From Aquificaceae bacterium (GTDB taxonomy: Bacteria > Aquificota > Aquificia > Aquificales > Aquificaceae), in assembly GCA_037925075.1 (NCBI GenBank), contig JAXSNR010000001.1, positions 1 through 64,000 on the forward strand: a stretch of 64,000 nt of DNA, in the 5' to 3' direction. Each line of letters begins with the position of its first letter. The first letter of the stretch is position 1. The notes beneath the pieces are model-generated. The model ran no database searches and had not been told where the DNA came from. It saw only the letters and a program-made list of their open reading frames with translations. The position numbers and the translations under genes are program-made. Below, in pieces: positions 48,543 to 59,268 of the stretch.

Positions 48543-49497
48543 TTTGCAGTCTGTTAATTATAAACCTTTCTAAAAAATCTTTCAAGCCCTCCACCTCCAC
48601 CTCAAAGTCAAGGTAAAAAAGGTTCTCAGCAGGCTCAAGCTTTACAAGGTCTTTTAGAGTGGTTATGTATAGCTTTTCCTTTTGAAGCTTGAAGCCCTTA
48701 TAGCGGTAATGGTCTGGAAAGCCTATGGTGCCGTCAAGCTTTACACCCATCTCCCTAAGGGTTTGGAAAAACTGCTCATTGTCCCCCAGCCCGCAAAAGG
48801 CGATAAAGCTTAGCTTAGAATAGTCTTCTACTACCTTATTGTCTACGCTTCTTATTAGCTTCCATTTGGTTCTATACATCTTAAAGGTGGGCTTGTGAGG
48901 ATGCTTCCATTCAAAGTTTTCCAACTCTCCATAAGATAGCACCAGTATATCCGCCCTTTCCATGCACTCAATAGGCTCTCTCAACCTCCCAAAGGGCAAA
49001 ATCTTATCTGAGAAGTCTCTTTTTCTCAGAAGAAGGATGTTCAGATCCCTGTGTATTTTCCTGTGCTGAAAGCCATCGTCTAAGATGATGAGTTCAGGGC
49101 TTAGCTCCTTGATTGCAAAGCTTACACCCCTGCATCTGTCCTCATCCACAAGAACGCTAACCCTTGGCAAAACCTTAGCCAGCATAAAAGGCTCATCCCC
49201 TGCATCTTCCCAACTTGCCAAAAGCTCCCCCCATCTGGAAAGGAGAAGGGTCCCCCTTGTCCTCCTTTTGTAGCCTCTTGAGACTACGCACACCCTTAAG
49301 CTACCACTTAGCAAGCTTGCAAGATATCTAACCAAGGAGCTTTTACCACTTCCCCCAACAGAAAGGTTGCCAACGGATATAACCAGAATGGGAGGCTTGC
49401 ACTGGGCTATAATACCCTTATCGTATGCCCAGTTTCTCAGTTTAATAACCCAGAGGTATGGGTTGAGGTTTTCAAGCACCCTTGAACCTCTTTGCAT
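48505..49497 (-). CDS. lpxK: tetraacyldisaccharide 4'-kinase
   Basis: VISVGNLSVGGSGKS, SRGYK, GDEP, LDDGFQH, LP.GRLREP, FPDHY, TT.KD.VK; true start may be slightly downstream. Confidence 0.93.
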   Translation of the reverse strand: MQRGSRVLENLNPYLWVIKLRNWAYDKGIIAQCKPPILVISVGNLSVGGSGKSSLVRYLASLLSGSLRVCVVSRGYKRRTRGTLLLSRWGELLASWEDAGDEPFMLAKVLPRVSVLVDEDRCRGVSFAIKELSPELIILDDGFQHRKIHRDLNILLLRKRDFSDKILPFGRLREPIECMERADILVLSYGELENFEWKHPHKPTFKMYRTKWKLIRSVDNKVVEDYSKLSFIAFCGLGDNEQFFQTLREMGVKLDGTIGFPDHYRYKGFKLQKEKLYITTLKDLVKLEPAENLFYLDFEVEVEGLKDFLERFIINRLQRVGSSAGRATDS

Positions 49498-50437
49498 CCC
49501 TTATGAGAAGAAAGGTAAGCATAAGCCCTCCAATGACGGCACTCAGATATTGGGTTATAAACCTCCATAGCAGAGAAAAACCCCCAAGAAGAGAAAGCTC
49601 CAAAAAGGGTTCAAAGGTGTACAAGGCTCCTACCTCTCCCACACCGCTCCCACCGGGCGTCGGGCTTATAAATATGGCGTACACTAGCATAAGCTGGTGC
49701 TCCATAAGGGTAAAAAAATCAGGCTCTTGATTAAAACTCTTAAGAAGAAAAGCCCCAGACCCCAAAAAGGAAAGATAAAGAAGCACACTGCTTACGCAGG
49801 CAATTAGTATGCTTTTCTTTTTGTCTCTGAGGAAGATCCTTGAGACCACAAGGTATTTTTTGATGGTGTATCTCAGTTTTTGCATAAACTTCTGATTTTT
49901 TGTAGCCTTTGTATTTGAAAGGAGCCTAAAAAGTAAATATAAGACCAAACCTAAGACAAAGAAAAAGAGCAGAAGGTAGGCTATCCTTATACCGTGAGAA
50001 GGATTTTTATAAATATAAACAAAAACATAAGGTAGAACCAAGACAAAAAATGTCATACCTGTTATAGTCTTCATGGTAACTATGCTCATAACCTTGTGCA
50101 GTTTGCCACCTTTCCTTGAAAGGGTGTACATGGACATGAACTCACCACCCACATGAGCGGGCGTTATGGTAGCCCCAAAGGTGTTTATGAAGGAGATTAC
50201 ATAGCCGTAAAAGAAGGAATATCTCAATTTCATAGCCCTTGAAAGGACGAATAATCTCAGATTGTCAAAGCTGTGGTAAAGAAACATAAGAAGGACAGAG
50301 AGGATAAGGTATCTTTTGTCCGCATATAGAAGCACACCCATAAAGTCCTTTGTCAGAGTTTTTTTCACTATGTATATAAGAGAACCCCCTACAAACAAAA
50401 GGGTAAAGAATATGCCATATAGAATTGACCTGTACAT
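49472..50437 (-). CDS. lysylphosphatidylglycerol synthase TM / flippase-like membrane protein
   Basis: [23 protein letters not shown] motifs. Confidence 0.8.
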   Translation of the reverse strand: MYRSILYGIFFTLLFVGGSLIYIVKKTLTKDFMGVLLYADKRYLILSVLLMFLYHSFDNLRLFVLSRAMKLRYSFFYGYVISFINTFGATITPAHVGGEFMSMYTLSRKGGKLHKVMSIVTMKTITGMTFFVLVLPYVFVYIYKNPSHGIRIAYLLLFFFVLGLVLYLLFRLLSNTKATKNQKFMQKLRYTIKKYLVVSRIFLRDKKKSILIACVSSVLLYLSFLGSGAFLLKSFNQEPDFFTLMEHQLMLVYAIFISPTPGGSGVGEVGALYTFEPFLELSLLGGFSLLWRFITQYLSAVIGGLMLTFLLIRDAKRFKGA

Positions 50438-50461
50438 GTACAGGTTTATATTTTAATCCCT

Positions 50462-51049
50462 ATGCGAGTTCTTATGATAGACAACTATGACTCTTTTACT
50501 TATAACTTGGTTCAGTACTTGCAGATGCTTTCTGTGGATGTGGCGGTAAGAAGAAACGATGAGATAACCCTTGAAGACATAAGAAGGGCAAAGCCAGATG
50601 CCATACTTATCTCACCCGGGCCCTGCACTCCAAAGGAAGCAGGAATCTCCGTAGATGTGATTAGAGAGTTCCACAAGGAAATTCCCATACTTGGGGTTTG
50701 CTTGGGTCATCAGTCCATAGGGTACGCCTTTGGTGCCCGCATAGTCAGGGCAAAAAGGCTCATGCACGGTAAAACATCCCAGATATTCCACACGGGAGAG
50801 GGCATATTTGAAGGTCTCAAAAATCCCTTTACCGCGGTGCGATACCACTCCTTGGTGATAGACAAAAGCACCCTGCCGGATGTTCTAAAGATAACCGCAT
50901 GGTCTGAGGACGATGAAATAATGGGTATCCAGCATGTGGAATATCCCCTTTTTGGTGTTCAGTTTCATCCAGAGTCTATACTTTCAGAAGAGGGTATGAA
51001 GCTCCTTGAAAACTTTCTTAGGATAGCAAAGGAAAAGGTTTTGGTATAA
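50462..51049 (+). CDS. trpG: anthranilate/aminodeoxychorismate synthase component II
   Basis: [34 protein letters not shown]. Confidence 0.93.
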   Translation: MRVLMIDNYDSFTYNLVQYLQMLSVDVAVRRNDEITLEDIRRAKPDAILISPGPCTPKEAGISVDVIREFHKEIPILGVCLGHQSIGYAFGARIVRAKRLMHGKTSQIFHTGEGIFEGLKNPFTAVRYHSLVIDKSTLPDVLKITAWSEDDEIMGIQHVEYPLFGVQFHPESILSEEGMKLLENFLRIAKEKVLV

Positions 51050-51053
51050 TTGA

Positions 51054-52337
<1,284 letters not shown>

Positions 52338-52397
52338 CTTCAAAAGTGTAAAGCTAACGCTTCAATCCGATAACCCATTGTGCAAATATTTATCCTC

Positions 52398-53852
52398 ATG
52401 TTTGATTATGCGGTGGTTGGTGGTGGTATAGGTGGAGTCTTGGCGTCCGCACTTCTTTCTCACGTGGGAAGGGATGTTATCCTTTTTGAGGCCCTTGACT
52501 ACCTTGGAGGCTGTGCAGGAACCTTTAAAAGAGGTGGATACTACTACAATGTGGGTGCTTCTACCTTTGTGGGTGCGGAAGAAAACTTTCCAGTGGGGAA
52601 AATGGCCAAGTTCCTCCGCGTGGAGCTTCCCATAAAGCCCATAGATCCCGCTATGGTGGTTTATGTGGGTGATAAGGTGATAAGGCGTTGGAAAGACAAA
52701 GAGAAGTTTCTTGAGGAGCTTAAACAAGCCTTTCCTGAGTTTGACCATAGACCCTTTTGGAAAAGGGTTTATAGCGTGAGCGATGCCCTGTGGAATATGT
52801 GGTGCGACAGCCTACCTTATCCCACTCTAACCTCACCCTTGAAAAGCTTATCAAAACATCCTATAAGCTTTCTTTCTACCTTTGTATGCAACTTTCTAAG
52901 TGCCAAAAGGGTTGCAAAGGCATACCTTGGAAGTTTCAACTCCGACTATGAGCTTTTTCTCACACATCATACCCTAATAACCGCTCAAGGCTTTTGGGAA
53001 GAGGTGCCCTTTTCCGTTGCATCCTTGGGACTTACCTATCCCAACCTTACCAACTACTACGTGATAGGTGGAATGGGAAGGCTACTTGACACCTTTGCCG
53101 AGAGGGTAAGTCATATAAGCATGAAAACAAGGGTAAAAGCCATAAGAAAAAAGCCTTGGGGCTTTCTCGTAGAAACAAACAAGGGACAGTTTGAAGCAAA
53201 AGGGGTAGTGCTAAACACCACCATCTGGAAGGCGGGAGAGCTTATGGAGGAGCTCAGAGACTTTTCCGAAAGAGCTAAAAGAAAATACTCTAAGCTTTGG
53301 GGTGCCTTTACCATATACATGACCGTAGAGGGCGACCTACCCTCAGATTTTTCCCATCACCACTTTATACTTCTTAAAGAACCCATACCCTACACGGGCA
53401 GTAGGTCCCTGTTTCTTTCCATCTCGGAAGAAGAAGACCCAGTGCTTAGCAAAGAAAAAACTCGTAGCATTACCATATCCACCCACACAAGCCTTGAACT
53501 GTGGGAAGGGCTTTCAAAGGAAGAATACGAAGAAAGAAAGGAGAGGGCTATTGAGTATTGCCTTAGGATAATATACGAACATCTTCCAGAGCTAAAAAAT
53601 CTCAGAAAAATCCGCGTTTTTGCTGGCACTCCCAAGACCTTTGAAAGATACACGGGCAGATACAGGGGCTCTGTGGGTGGCATACCTGTTATAAAGGAAA
53701 ACTTTCCCTTTTCCTATCCATCTCCCTTTACGTCAGTTGATGGCGTTTATCTTGTGGGTGATACAGTCTTTCCGGGTCAAGGATGGCCCGGTGTTAGCAT
53801 GGGGGTGATAAACTTGCTTAAGTTTATAGAAAGGGATATTCGCATATGTTAA
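52398..53852 (+). CDS. FAD-dependent oxidoreductase, phytoene desaturase / CrtD-like family
   Basis: GGGIGG, E....GGCAGTF.R.GY, GGM..L, TP.TFERYT.R..G.VGG, LVGDTVFPGQGWPGV. Confidence 0.8.
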   Translation: MFDYAVVGGGIGGVLASALLSHVGRDVILFEALDYLGGCAGTFKRGGYYYNVGASTFVGAEENFPVGKMAKFLRVELPIKPIDPAMVVYVGDKVIRRWKDKEKFLEELKQAFPEFDHRPFWKRVYSVSDALWNMWCDSLPYPTLTSPLKSLSKHPISFLSTFVCNFLSAKRVAKAYLGSFNSDYELFLTHHTLITAQGFWEEVPFSVASLGLTYPNLTNYYVIGGMGRLLDTFAERVSHISMKTRVKAIRKKPWGFLVETNKGQFEAKGVVLNTTIWKAGELMEELRDFSERAKRKYSKLWGAFTIYMTVEGDLPSDFSHHHFILLKEPIPYTGSRSLFLSISEEEDPVLSKEKTRSITISTHTSLELWEGLSKEEYEERKERAIEYCLRIIYEHLPELKNLRKIRVFAGTPKTFERYTGRYRGSVGGIPVIKENFPFSYPSPFTSVDGVYLVGDTVFPGQGWPGVSMGVINLLKFIERDIRIC

Positions 53853-54832
53853 GGATAAGACCGAGGGAATGGCTTTACATACTCTTGCTTGCTCTTCTTC
53901 TCGGCTTTTCCATATCCGGCTTTGTTGCGTCCTTGCACGGTCAGAAGCTAATACCTGTGGTTTTTCTGGGGCTTATAACCGCCTTTTACATATTTTTTCT
54001 TTCCTTTATCACCACTGAGATTAACAACCGCTGGCTTATAAATAAAATTCCCAAGCCTTTTAGAACTTTCTTTAGCCTGTTTCTTGCCTTGCTTTCTGGT
54101 TTTATCGGTGCCATAGGTGGATACTTTACCAACAAAGCCCTTGGCATAGTGGAACTGCATATCTCTATGGACAAAACTTTTAGCCTTTCCTTTTTTCTTG
54201 GTCTTATGACCGCATCCCTTGGCTATCTTCTTTACAAGTTAGTTTCTCTGCAAAGAAGAGAAGAGGAAAGTAAAAGGCTACTGCTTGAAGAACACATAAG
54301 AAACTTGGAGAATCAAATAGGTCCTCACTTTATGTTTAATACCCTGAACGCACTTACAGAGCTTGTCTATCAGAGCCCTCAGAAGGCTGAAGACGCCATA
54401 CTGGCTTTGGCAAACCTATTAAGAAAAAGCCTCTACTTTGAGCCCCTCATAACTCTTGGAGAAGAGCTTGACATACTTAAAGACTATTGGAAGATTATAA
54501 GCCTGAGATTTACCGGCAGGATTGAACTTGAGACGCAAGTGGATGAAAGCCTTTTGAACCTAAAGGTGCCAAAGTTTTCACTGCAGGTGCTTGTGGAAAA
54601 CGCACTAAAGCATGGGCTAAAGCTTCGCCACGGCAAAGTGGAAGTAAGAGCCTACAGGAAAGGGAATAAGGCAATCGTGGAGGTTGTGGATAACGGCGTG
54701 GGATTTAAGCAAATAAGGGAAGGCACTGGACTTTCTAATCTAAGAAAAAGGCTTGAGCTATGCGGTGGAAAGCTGAGCTACCAATCTTCTAAAGGTCTGA
54801 CGGCCTTTAGGATGGAGTTTGACAAAAGGTAA
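53846..54832 (+). CDS. LytS/YehU-type sensor histidine kinase
   Basis: About four TM segments; QIGPHFMFNTLN phospho-His motif; Q.LVENALKHG, DNGVG, GTGL.NL..RL. Confidence 0.9.
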   Translation: MLRIRPREWLYILLLALLLGFSISGFVASLHGQKLIPVVFLGLITAFYIFFLSFITTEINNRWLINKIPKPFRTFFSLFLALLSGFIGAIGGYFTNKALGIVELHISMDKTFSLSFFLGLMTASLGYLLYKLVSLQRREEESKRLLLEEHIRNLENQIGPHFMFNTLNALTELVYQSPQKAEDAILALANLLRKSLYFEPLITLGEELDILKDYWKIISLRFTGRIELETQVDESLLNLKVPKFSLQVLVENALKHGLKLRHGKVEVRAYRKGNKAIVEVVDNGVGFKQIREGTGLSNLRKRLELCGGKLSYQSSKGLTAFRMEFDKR

Positions 54833-54925
54833 AAATCAAATTCTTAAGTGTAAAGCTGTGCTATACCAGAGGGAAAGGGAGATGTGTATTTTGTTTTTTT
54901 AGTAAAAACTAAGGAGGTATAAACC

Positions 54926-55027
54926 ATGCAACTACCAGAGACCTTTAGGTTTATGAGGTTGGGATGGTGGATAGTCCATATAATTGGGATAACTCTTGTT
55001 TTCTTGCTTGGTAGATGGACCGCCTGA
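54926..55027 (+). CDS. small membrane protein, 33 aa (MQLPETFRFMRLGWWIVHIIGITLVFLLGRWTA)
   Basis: Below the ORF-track cutoff; AAGGAGGT RBS 7 nt before the ATG; single TM helix with His. Confidence 0.7.
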   Translation: MQLPETFRFMRLGWWIVHIIGITLVFLLGRWTA

Positions 55028-55605
55028 AAGATGCCCGCCATGCCTTGCCTCCTCCTGAGAGGGTCTCCCCCGCCCCTCAGGAAACTTTCAAAAGCTTGGA
55101 GGACGCTTATTTTTTGGGTTATGTGCCAAGGCCAGTGGCACTGGTTTGCGTAGGAGAAAACCCGCTGGCGGTCGCTTGGCACATGCCCACAAACAAAGAG
55201 CCCTTTATGTACGCGGTAGCCATCGCAAAGGAAAACTACAGCCACCAGCTTCTACAGTCAGAACAAGACTTTACCATCAACTTCCTACCATCAAAGTACC
55301 TAAGGGACATACTCATAGCGGGAAGTCATCACGGAAACTTGATAAACAAGTGGGAATTGTTTAAATATATTAAACCTGTAAGGGCATCTAAGGTGAGGGC
55401 TTTGATGGTATCTGACGCTTTGCTCGTGTATGAATGCAAGTACGAAAGGCTTTTACCCTTTTATGACCACAGCTTACTTATAGGCAAGGTGGAACTCATA
55501 CACTACCAAAAGGGCAAGCTAAAGCCGGAAAAGGTAAAGTATCCACTTCACATGGGGAAAAGCTACTTCTCCGAAAACAAAAAACCCCACAAAGAACGAC
55601 CATGA
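55015..55605 (+). CDS. flavin reductase family protein (DIM6/NTAB-like)
   Basis: VPRPVALV, AWHMP, F.INF, GS..G...NKW, YECK, DHSLLIG; start uncertain. Confidence 0.82.
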   Translation: MDRLKDARHALPPPERVSPAPQETFKSLEDAYFLGYVPRPVALVCVGENPLAVAWHMPTNKEPFMYAVAIAKENYSHQLLQSEQDFTINFLPSKYLRDILIAGSHHGNLINKWELFKYIKPVRASKVRALMVSDALLVYECKYERLLPFYDHSLLIGKVELIHYQKGKLKPEKVKYPLHMGKSYFSENKKPHKERP

Positions 55606-55853
55606 AAAGGACCATCCACAGGCTTTTGGGCTTTTCATTTCTTGGGCTTGGCACCATAGGGATATTTTTACCCCTTTTGCCTACCGTTCCCCTGTACCTG
55701 CTTGCCTTATTGTTTCTCTCAAAGGCAGGCAAAAGGGATATAGTAAGACTTAAAAGGCTACCATTCTTAGGTAAAAGGATACATCCGTACATAAAAAGGT
55801 CTTTAAAATACCTAAAAAGATGGACTACACGACCGCAAAGTTTATACACCTGA
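55602..55853 (+). CDS. DUF454 (YbaN-like) membrane protein
   Basis: LG..FLGLG.IGIFLPLLPTVP..LLA. Confidence 0.8.
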   Translation: MKRTIHRLLGFSFLGLGTIGIFLPLLPTVPLYLLALLFLSKAGKRDIVRLKRLPFLGKRIHPYIKRSLKYLKRWTTRPQSLYT

Positions 55854-56260
55854 TGGGCATCTTTGTGTGGGCGAGTGCCTCATCATCCTTGGGACTTTTT
55901 ATGCTCTACTCCATGAGAAAAGAGACCGGTTGCAACCAACATATTCTGAGAAGCTTCTACCGATGGATGACAAACCTTGAAATAGCGGGCTTTTTGGTCG
56001 CCCTGAGCATGGGGCTTTATATGCTACATCTTTTGAGGTATAAGTTTGACATAAACTGGCTCAACTACAAACTACCCTTGGTCTTTGGCGTGCTTTTGCC
56101 ATTGGAGGTGCTTAACTTCTGGTTTGTTAATATCCACATCCCAAAAGCAAAGGATAAGATGAAAGCATACAAAAACTATGACCTTTTCAACTACATGGTC
56201 GCAATTCCTTTGATAGTGGTCTCCTTGATGGTTATATACCTTGCGGTTGCAAAGCCATGA
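55820..56260 (+). CDS. membrane protein, HemJ/DUF2269/CopD-like
   Basis: KFIHL..IFVW, WL.YKL.LV, C-terminal IYLAVAKP. Confidence 0.6.
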   Translation: MDYTTAKFIHLMGIFVWASASSSLGLFMLYSMRKETGCNQHILRSFYRWMTNLEIAGFLVALSMGLYMLHLLRYKFDINWLNYKLPLVFGVLLPLEVLNFWFVNIHIPKAKDKMKAYKNYDLFNYMVAIPLIVVSLMVIYLAVAKP

Positions 56261-57540
56261 GGGCGGTCTATCTTTTCAAAAGGGACCTAAGACTAAAAGA
56301 CAACAGGGGGCTTTCTATTGCGTCAGAAAGGCACAAGGAAGTGATCCCTCTGTTTATCTTTGATAAGCATATACTTGAGGACCTAAGGGTAGATAAAAAA
56401 AGGTTAGGATATCTGGTAAATGCTTTAGAAGCTATTTCATCTAAGATAAAGCTTTACTGTCTTCAAGGTAGCACGCGGGATGCACTTGTGGAAGTCTTTA
56501 AGGTCGCAAAGCCCACGCATCTGTACACTACCGCCTCTTACAGTTGGAGCGGAAAAGAGAGAAACGAAGCCATAAAAGAGGTTTGCAAGGCTTACGGTGT
56601 GGAGTATGTGGAGGTCTTTGAAAACTTCCTTGCACCACCAGAAACCATACCCCAAAGAAAAGTATACACGCCCTTTTACAAGGAGTGGATACAAAGACTG
56701 GACCTTTCGGAAGCTTCATTACGGACTTTCAGAGTGCCAGACCTACCACTTCCAACGTTAAGGGACCTTAGCCTTGAGTTTGAGGACCCAAAGCCCTTTT
56801 ATCCAAAAGATTGCGAGCAAAGGCTCAAAGGCTTTTCCTTTGAAGAGTATGATAAGCTTAGAAACTACCCCGCACTTGATGGCTCTTCAAAGCTTTCTCC
56901 ATGCATAAGGTTTGGAATGCTTTCTCTCAGAGAAATTTTTAAAACTGCCCAACTTAGAAGCGATCAGTTTATAAAGGAGCTTGCTTGGAGAGAGTTTTGG
57001 TACCACATAGCCCTACACTTTCCACATACCAGATATGTTGAATTTCAAGAGAAAAGAAGAGGTATAAGATGGGAAAACAGGGAGGAGTATATAAGGGCAT
57101 TTTTAGAAGCACGTACAGGCTACCCCATAGTGGATGCGGGCATAAGACAGTTAAGGGAAGAAAAGTGGCTTCACAACAGAATGAGGATGATAGTGGGAAG
57201 CTTTCTCACCAAGGTTCTACTGGTAGATTGGAGAATAGGTGAGGAGTTTTTTAAAGAGCATCTTCTGGACTACGACGAGGTGGTAAATGTGGGCAACTGG
57301 CAATGGACTGCTTCCGTAGGTGCAGACCCAAAACCCCTAAGGCTTTTCAACCCAATTCTTCAGGCACAAAGATATGACCCAGAGTGCAAATACATTAAAA
57401 AATACATCCCTGAGCTTTCAAAACTACCCTGTTATATGCTACACGACCCACTAAACCACTCTCTTCCTTACCACAAGCCCATAGTCCATTACTACGAAAG
57501 GATAAAGTTAGTAAAGGAGCTTTACAGAACATCTCCATAG
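56257..57540 (+). CDS. phrB: deoxyribodipyrimidine photolyase
   Basis: RDLRL.DN, YTPF, S.LSP..RFG.LS, EL.WREF, TGYPIVDAG.RQL, HNR.RM.V.SFL.K, N.GNWQW, FNP..Q...DP. Confidence 0.93.
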   Translation: MRAVYLFKRDLRLKDNRGLSIASERHKEVIPLFIFDKHILEDLRVDKKRLGYLVNALEAISSKIKLYCLQGSTRDALVEVFKVAKPTHLYTTASYSWSGKERNEAIKEVCKAYGVEYVEVFENFLAPPETIPQRKVYTPFYKEWIQRLDLSEASLRTFRVPDLPLPTLRDLSLEFEDPKPFYPKDCEQRLKGFSFEEYDKLRNYPALDGSSKLSPCIRFGMLSLREIFKTAQLRSDQFIKELAWREFWYHIALHFPHTRYVEFQEKRRGIRWENREEYIRAFLEARTGYPIVDAGIRQLREEKWLHNRMRMIVGSFLTKVLLVDWRIGEEFFKEHLLDYDEVVNVGNWQWTASVGADPKPLRLFNPILQAQRYDPECKYIKKYIPELSKLPCYMLHDPLNHSLPYHKPIVHYYERIKLVKELYRTSP

Positions 57541-57569
57541 AGCCCAAAGGTATTATATTTAATAGGAGC

Positions 57570-58433
57570 ATGGAGCTAATTGTTAGCACCATAACGATTA
57601 TAGGAGCTGTGGTAGGCGTTGGAGTGTTTTTGCTTATGCATATGGACAAGAGAATAGACAGACTTCAGGAGGACATCCACAAGCTTGAAGAAAGGATAGA
57701 CAAGGTAGATGCCAAAGTGGAGGCGGTCAGGCAGGAACTAAAGGAGGATATACAAAGATTAGACGCAAAAGTGGAGGCTGTAAAGCAAGAACTAAAGGAA
57801 GATATACATAGACTTGAGGAAAGAATAGATAAAGTGGATGCAAAAGTGGATGCGGTCAAACAAGAACTCAAGGAAGATATACATAGACTTGAGGAAAGGA
57901 TAGATAAAGTGGATGCAAAAGTGGATACGGTAAAACAAGAGCTAAAGGAAGATATACAAAAAGTAGATGCAAAAGTGGATGCGGTCAAGAAGGAGCTTAA
58001 AGAGGATATACAGAGAGTTGAAGAAAGAATAGACAAAGTTGATGCAAAAGTAGATATAGCCAAACAGGAGTTAAAAGAAGACATACAGAAAGTAGATGCG
58101 AAGATAGATGTAGTAAAACAAGAGCTAAAAGAAGATATACAAAGAGTTGATGCAAAAGTTGATGCAGTCAAAAAGGAACTCAAAGAAGATATAAATAGAG
58201 TTGAGGAAAGGATAGATAAAGTGGATGCAAAAGTGGATACGGTAAAACAAGAGCTTAAAGAAGAAATACACAAGGTAGAATCTAAAGTGGATATCACACG
58301 TCAAGATTTAAAGGCGGAGATTATGGAAACCAACAGAAGAATAAGCCATGCGGAGTCTGAGCTAAAACAGGATATTAGAGAGATAAGGGTGGTGATCTTT
58401 AAGATATTGGAGGTGCCTCACAAAGAGGGCTAA
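57570..58433 (+). CDS. membrane-anchored coiled-coil tandem-repeat protein
   Basis: N-terminal TM helix followed by repeated QELKEDI(HRLEERI)DKVDAKVDAVK units. Confidence 0.8.
   Translation: MELIVSTITIIGAVVGVGVFLLMHMDKRIDRLQEDIHKLEERIDKVDAKVEAVRQELKEDIQRLDAKVEAVKQELKEDIHRLEERIDKVDAKVDAVKQELKEDIHRLEERIDKVDAKVDTVKQELKEDIQKVDAKVDAVKKELKEDIQRVEERIDKVDAKVDIAKQELKEDIQKVDAKIDVVKQELKEDIQRVDAKVDAVKKELKEDINRVEERIDKVDAKVDTVKQELKEEIHKVESKVDITRQDLKAEIMETNRRISHAESELKQDIREIRVVIFKILEVPHKEG
57645..58310 (+). repeat. mixed 54-bp and 75-bp (18-aa and 25-aa) tandem repeats, about 10 units
   Basis: QELKEDIQKVDAKVDAVK alternating with QELKEDIHRLEERIDKVDAKVDAVK. Confidence 0.85.
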
Positions 58434-59155
58434 AGGTTTAGGTAATCTCTCAAAGCTTTAGCACCCTCTCTACTGGTTTTTAGGGTCTCGTTTATGTCTT
58501 TGAAAACTATCACATATTTACTTTGCTCTACGCTTTTTAGCTCCTTTACCTTGTTAAGATTTACGAGGTAAGACCTATGGACTCTGAAAAAGTTATAGGG
58601 TCTTAGCTGTTCTTCTATTTCATAAAGCTTTTTGCTTAGTGGCAAAAGTCCCTCTTTTGTCCTCACGCTTACCTCTCCCATCTCCGCTTGCACATAGTAT
58701 ATGTCTTCTGGGTTTAGAAATATAACCTTATTGCCAAGCTTTGCGGGTATTATGGGACGCTCCACCTTTATAAGGTTGGATACTTGTTGAAAGTTGCTTT
58801 TCTTTTCTAAGACCTTGTCTATGGCTTTGGTTAGGTCTTCTTGGGAAAAGGGCTTTAGAAGGTAATCTACCGCAGAAATTCTGAAGGCTTCAAGGGCGTA
58901 CTCACCATAGGCTGTGGTAAAAACAATATAAGGCTTTAGCCCAAGAGAAAGCACCTCCTTTGCCAAATCTATACCTGTGCCATCTGGAAGCCTTATGTCA
59001 AGGAATATTACATCCGGCTTTTTCTCCTCTATAAGCTTTAGGGCTTCTTCGTAGGTGCCTGCTTCTCCCACAATTTCAAGCCTGCCGTCTTGACTTATCA
59101 TTCTTTTAAGTCTTTGGACTGCAAGAGGCTCGTCTTCAACTATGAAGGCTCTCAT
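58430..59155 (-). CDS. LytR/AlgR family response regulator
   Basis: VEDEPLA, FLDI.LP, FTTAY..YALEAF...AVDYLLKP receiver; FFRVHRSYLVN LytTR domain. Confidence 0.94.
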   Translation of the reverse strand: MRAFIVEDEPLAVQRLKRMISQDGRLEIVGEAGTYEEALKLIEEKKPDVIFLDIRLPDGTGIDLAKEVLSLGLKPYIVFTTAYGEYALEAFRISAVDYLLKPFSQEDLTKAIDKVLEKKSNFQQVSNLIKVERPIIPAKLGNKVIFLNPEDIYYVQAEMGEVSVRTKEGLLPLSKKLYEIEEQLRPYNFFRVHRSYLVNLNKVKELKSVEQSKYVIVFKDINETLKTSREGAKALRDYLNL

Positions 59156-59214
59156 GTTATATATTTTCTTCGTCCCTTATGCATTTTATAGACCACTTTT
59201 TACTTTTCATCCTA

Positions 59215-59250
59215 TAAAAAAGGAGGGCTCCCCCACATGGGAAGAGCCTT
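59215..59250 (-). terminator. probable intrinsic terminator of the TonB-dependent receptor gene
   Basis: GGCTCTTCC/GGGGGAGCC stem followed by a T-run on the minus strand. Confidence 0.55.
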
Positions 59251-59268
59251 AGTATTGCCATGCTGGGC

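Noticed and set aside
48463..48545. tRNA-Lys as an integration site for an island or prophage
   Set aside because: Flanked by glgB and lpxK; no integrase and no duplicated tRNA 3' end in the window
57665..58297. 210-aa Ser-rich minus-strand ORF, and the possibility of a CRISPR array
   Set aside because: Shadow of an in-frame coding repeat; there are no identical repeats with unique spacers and no cas genes
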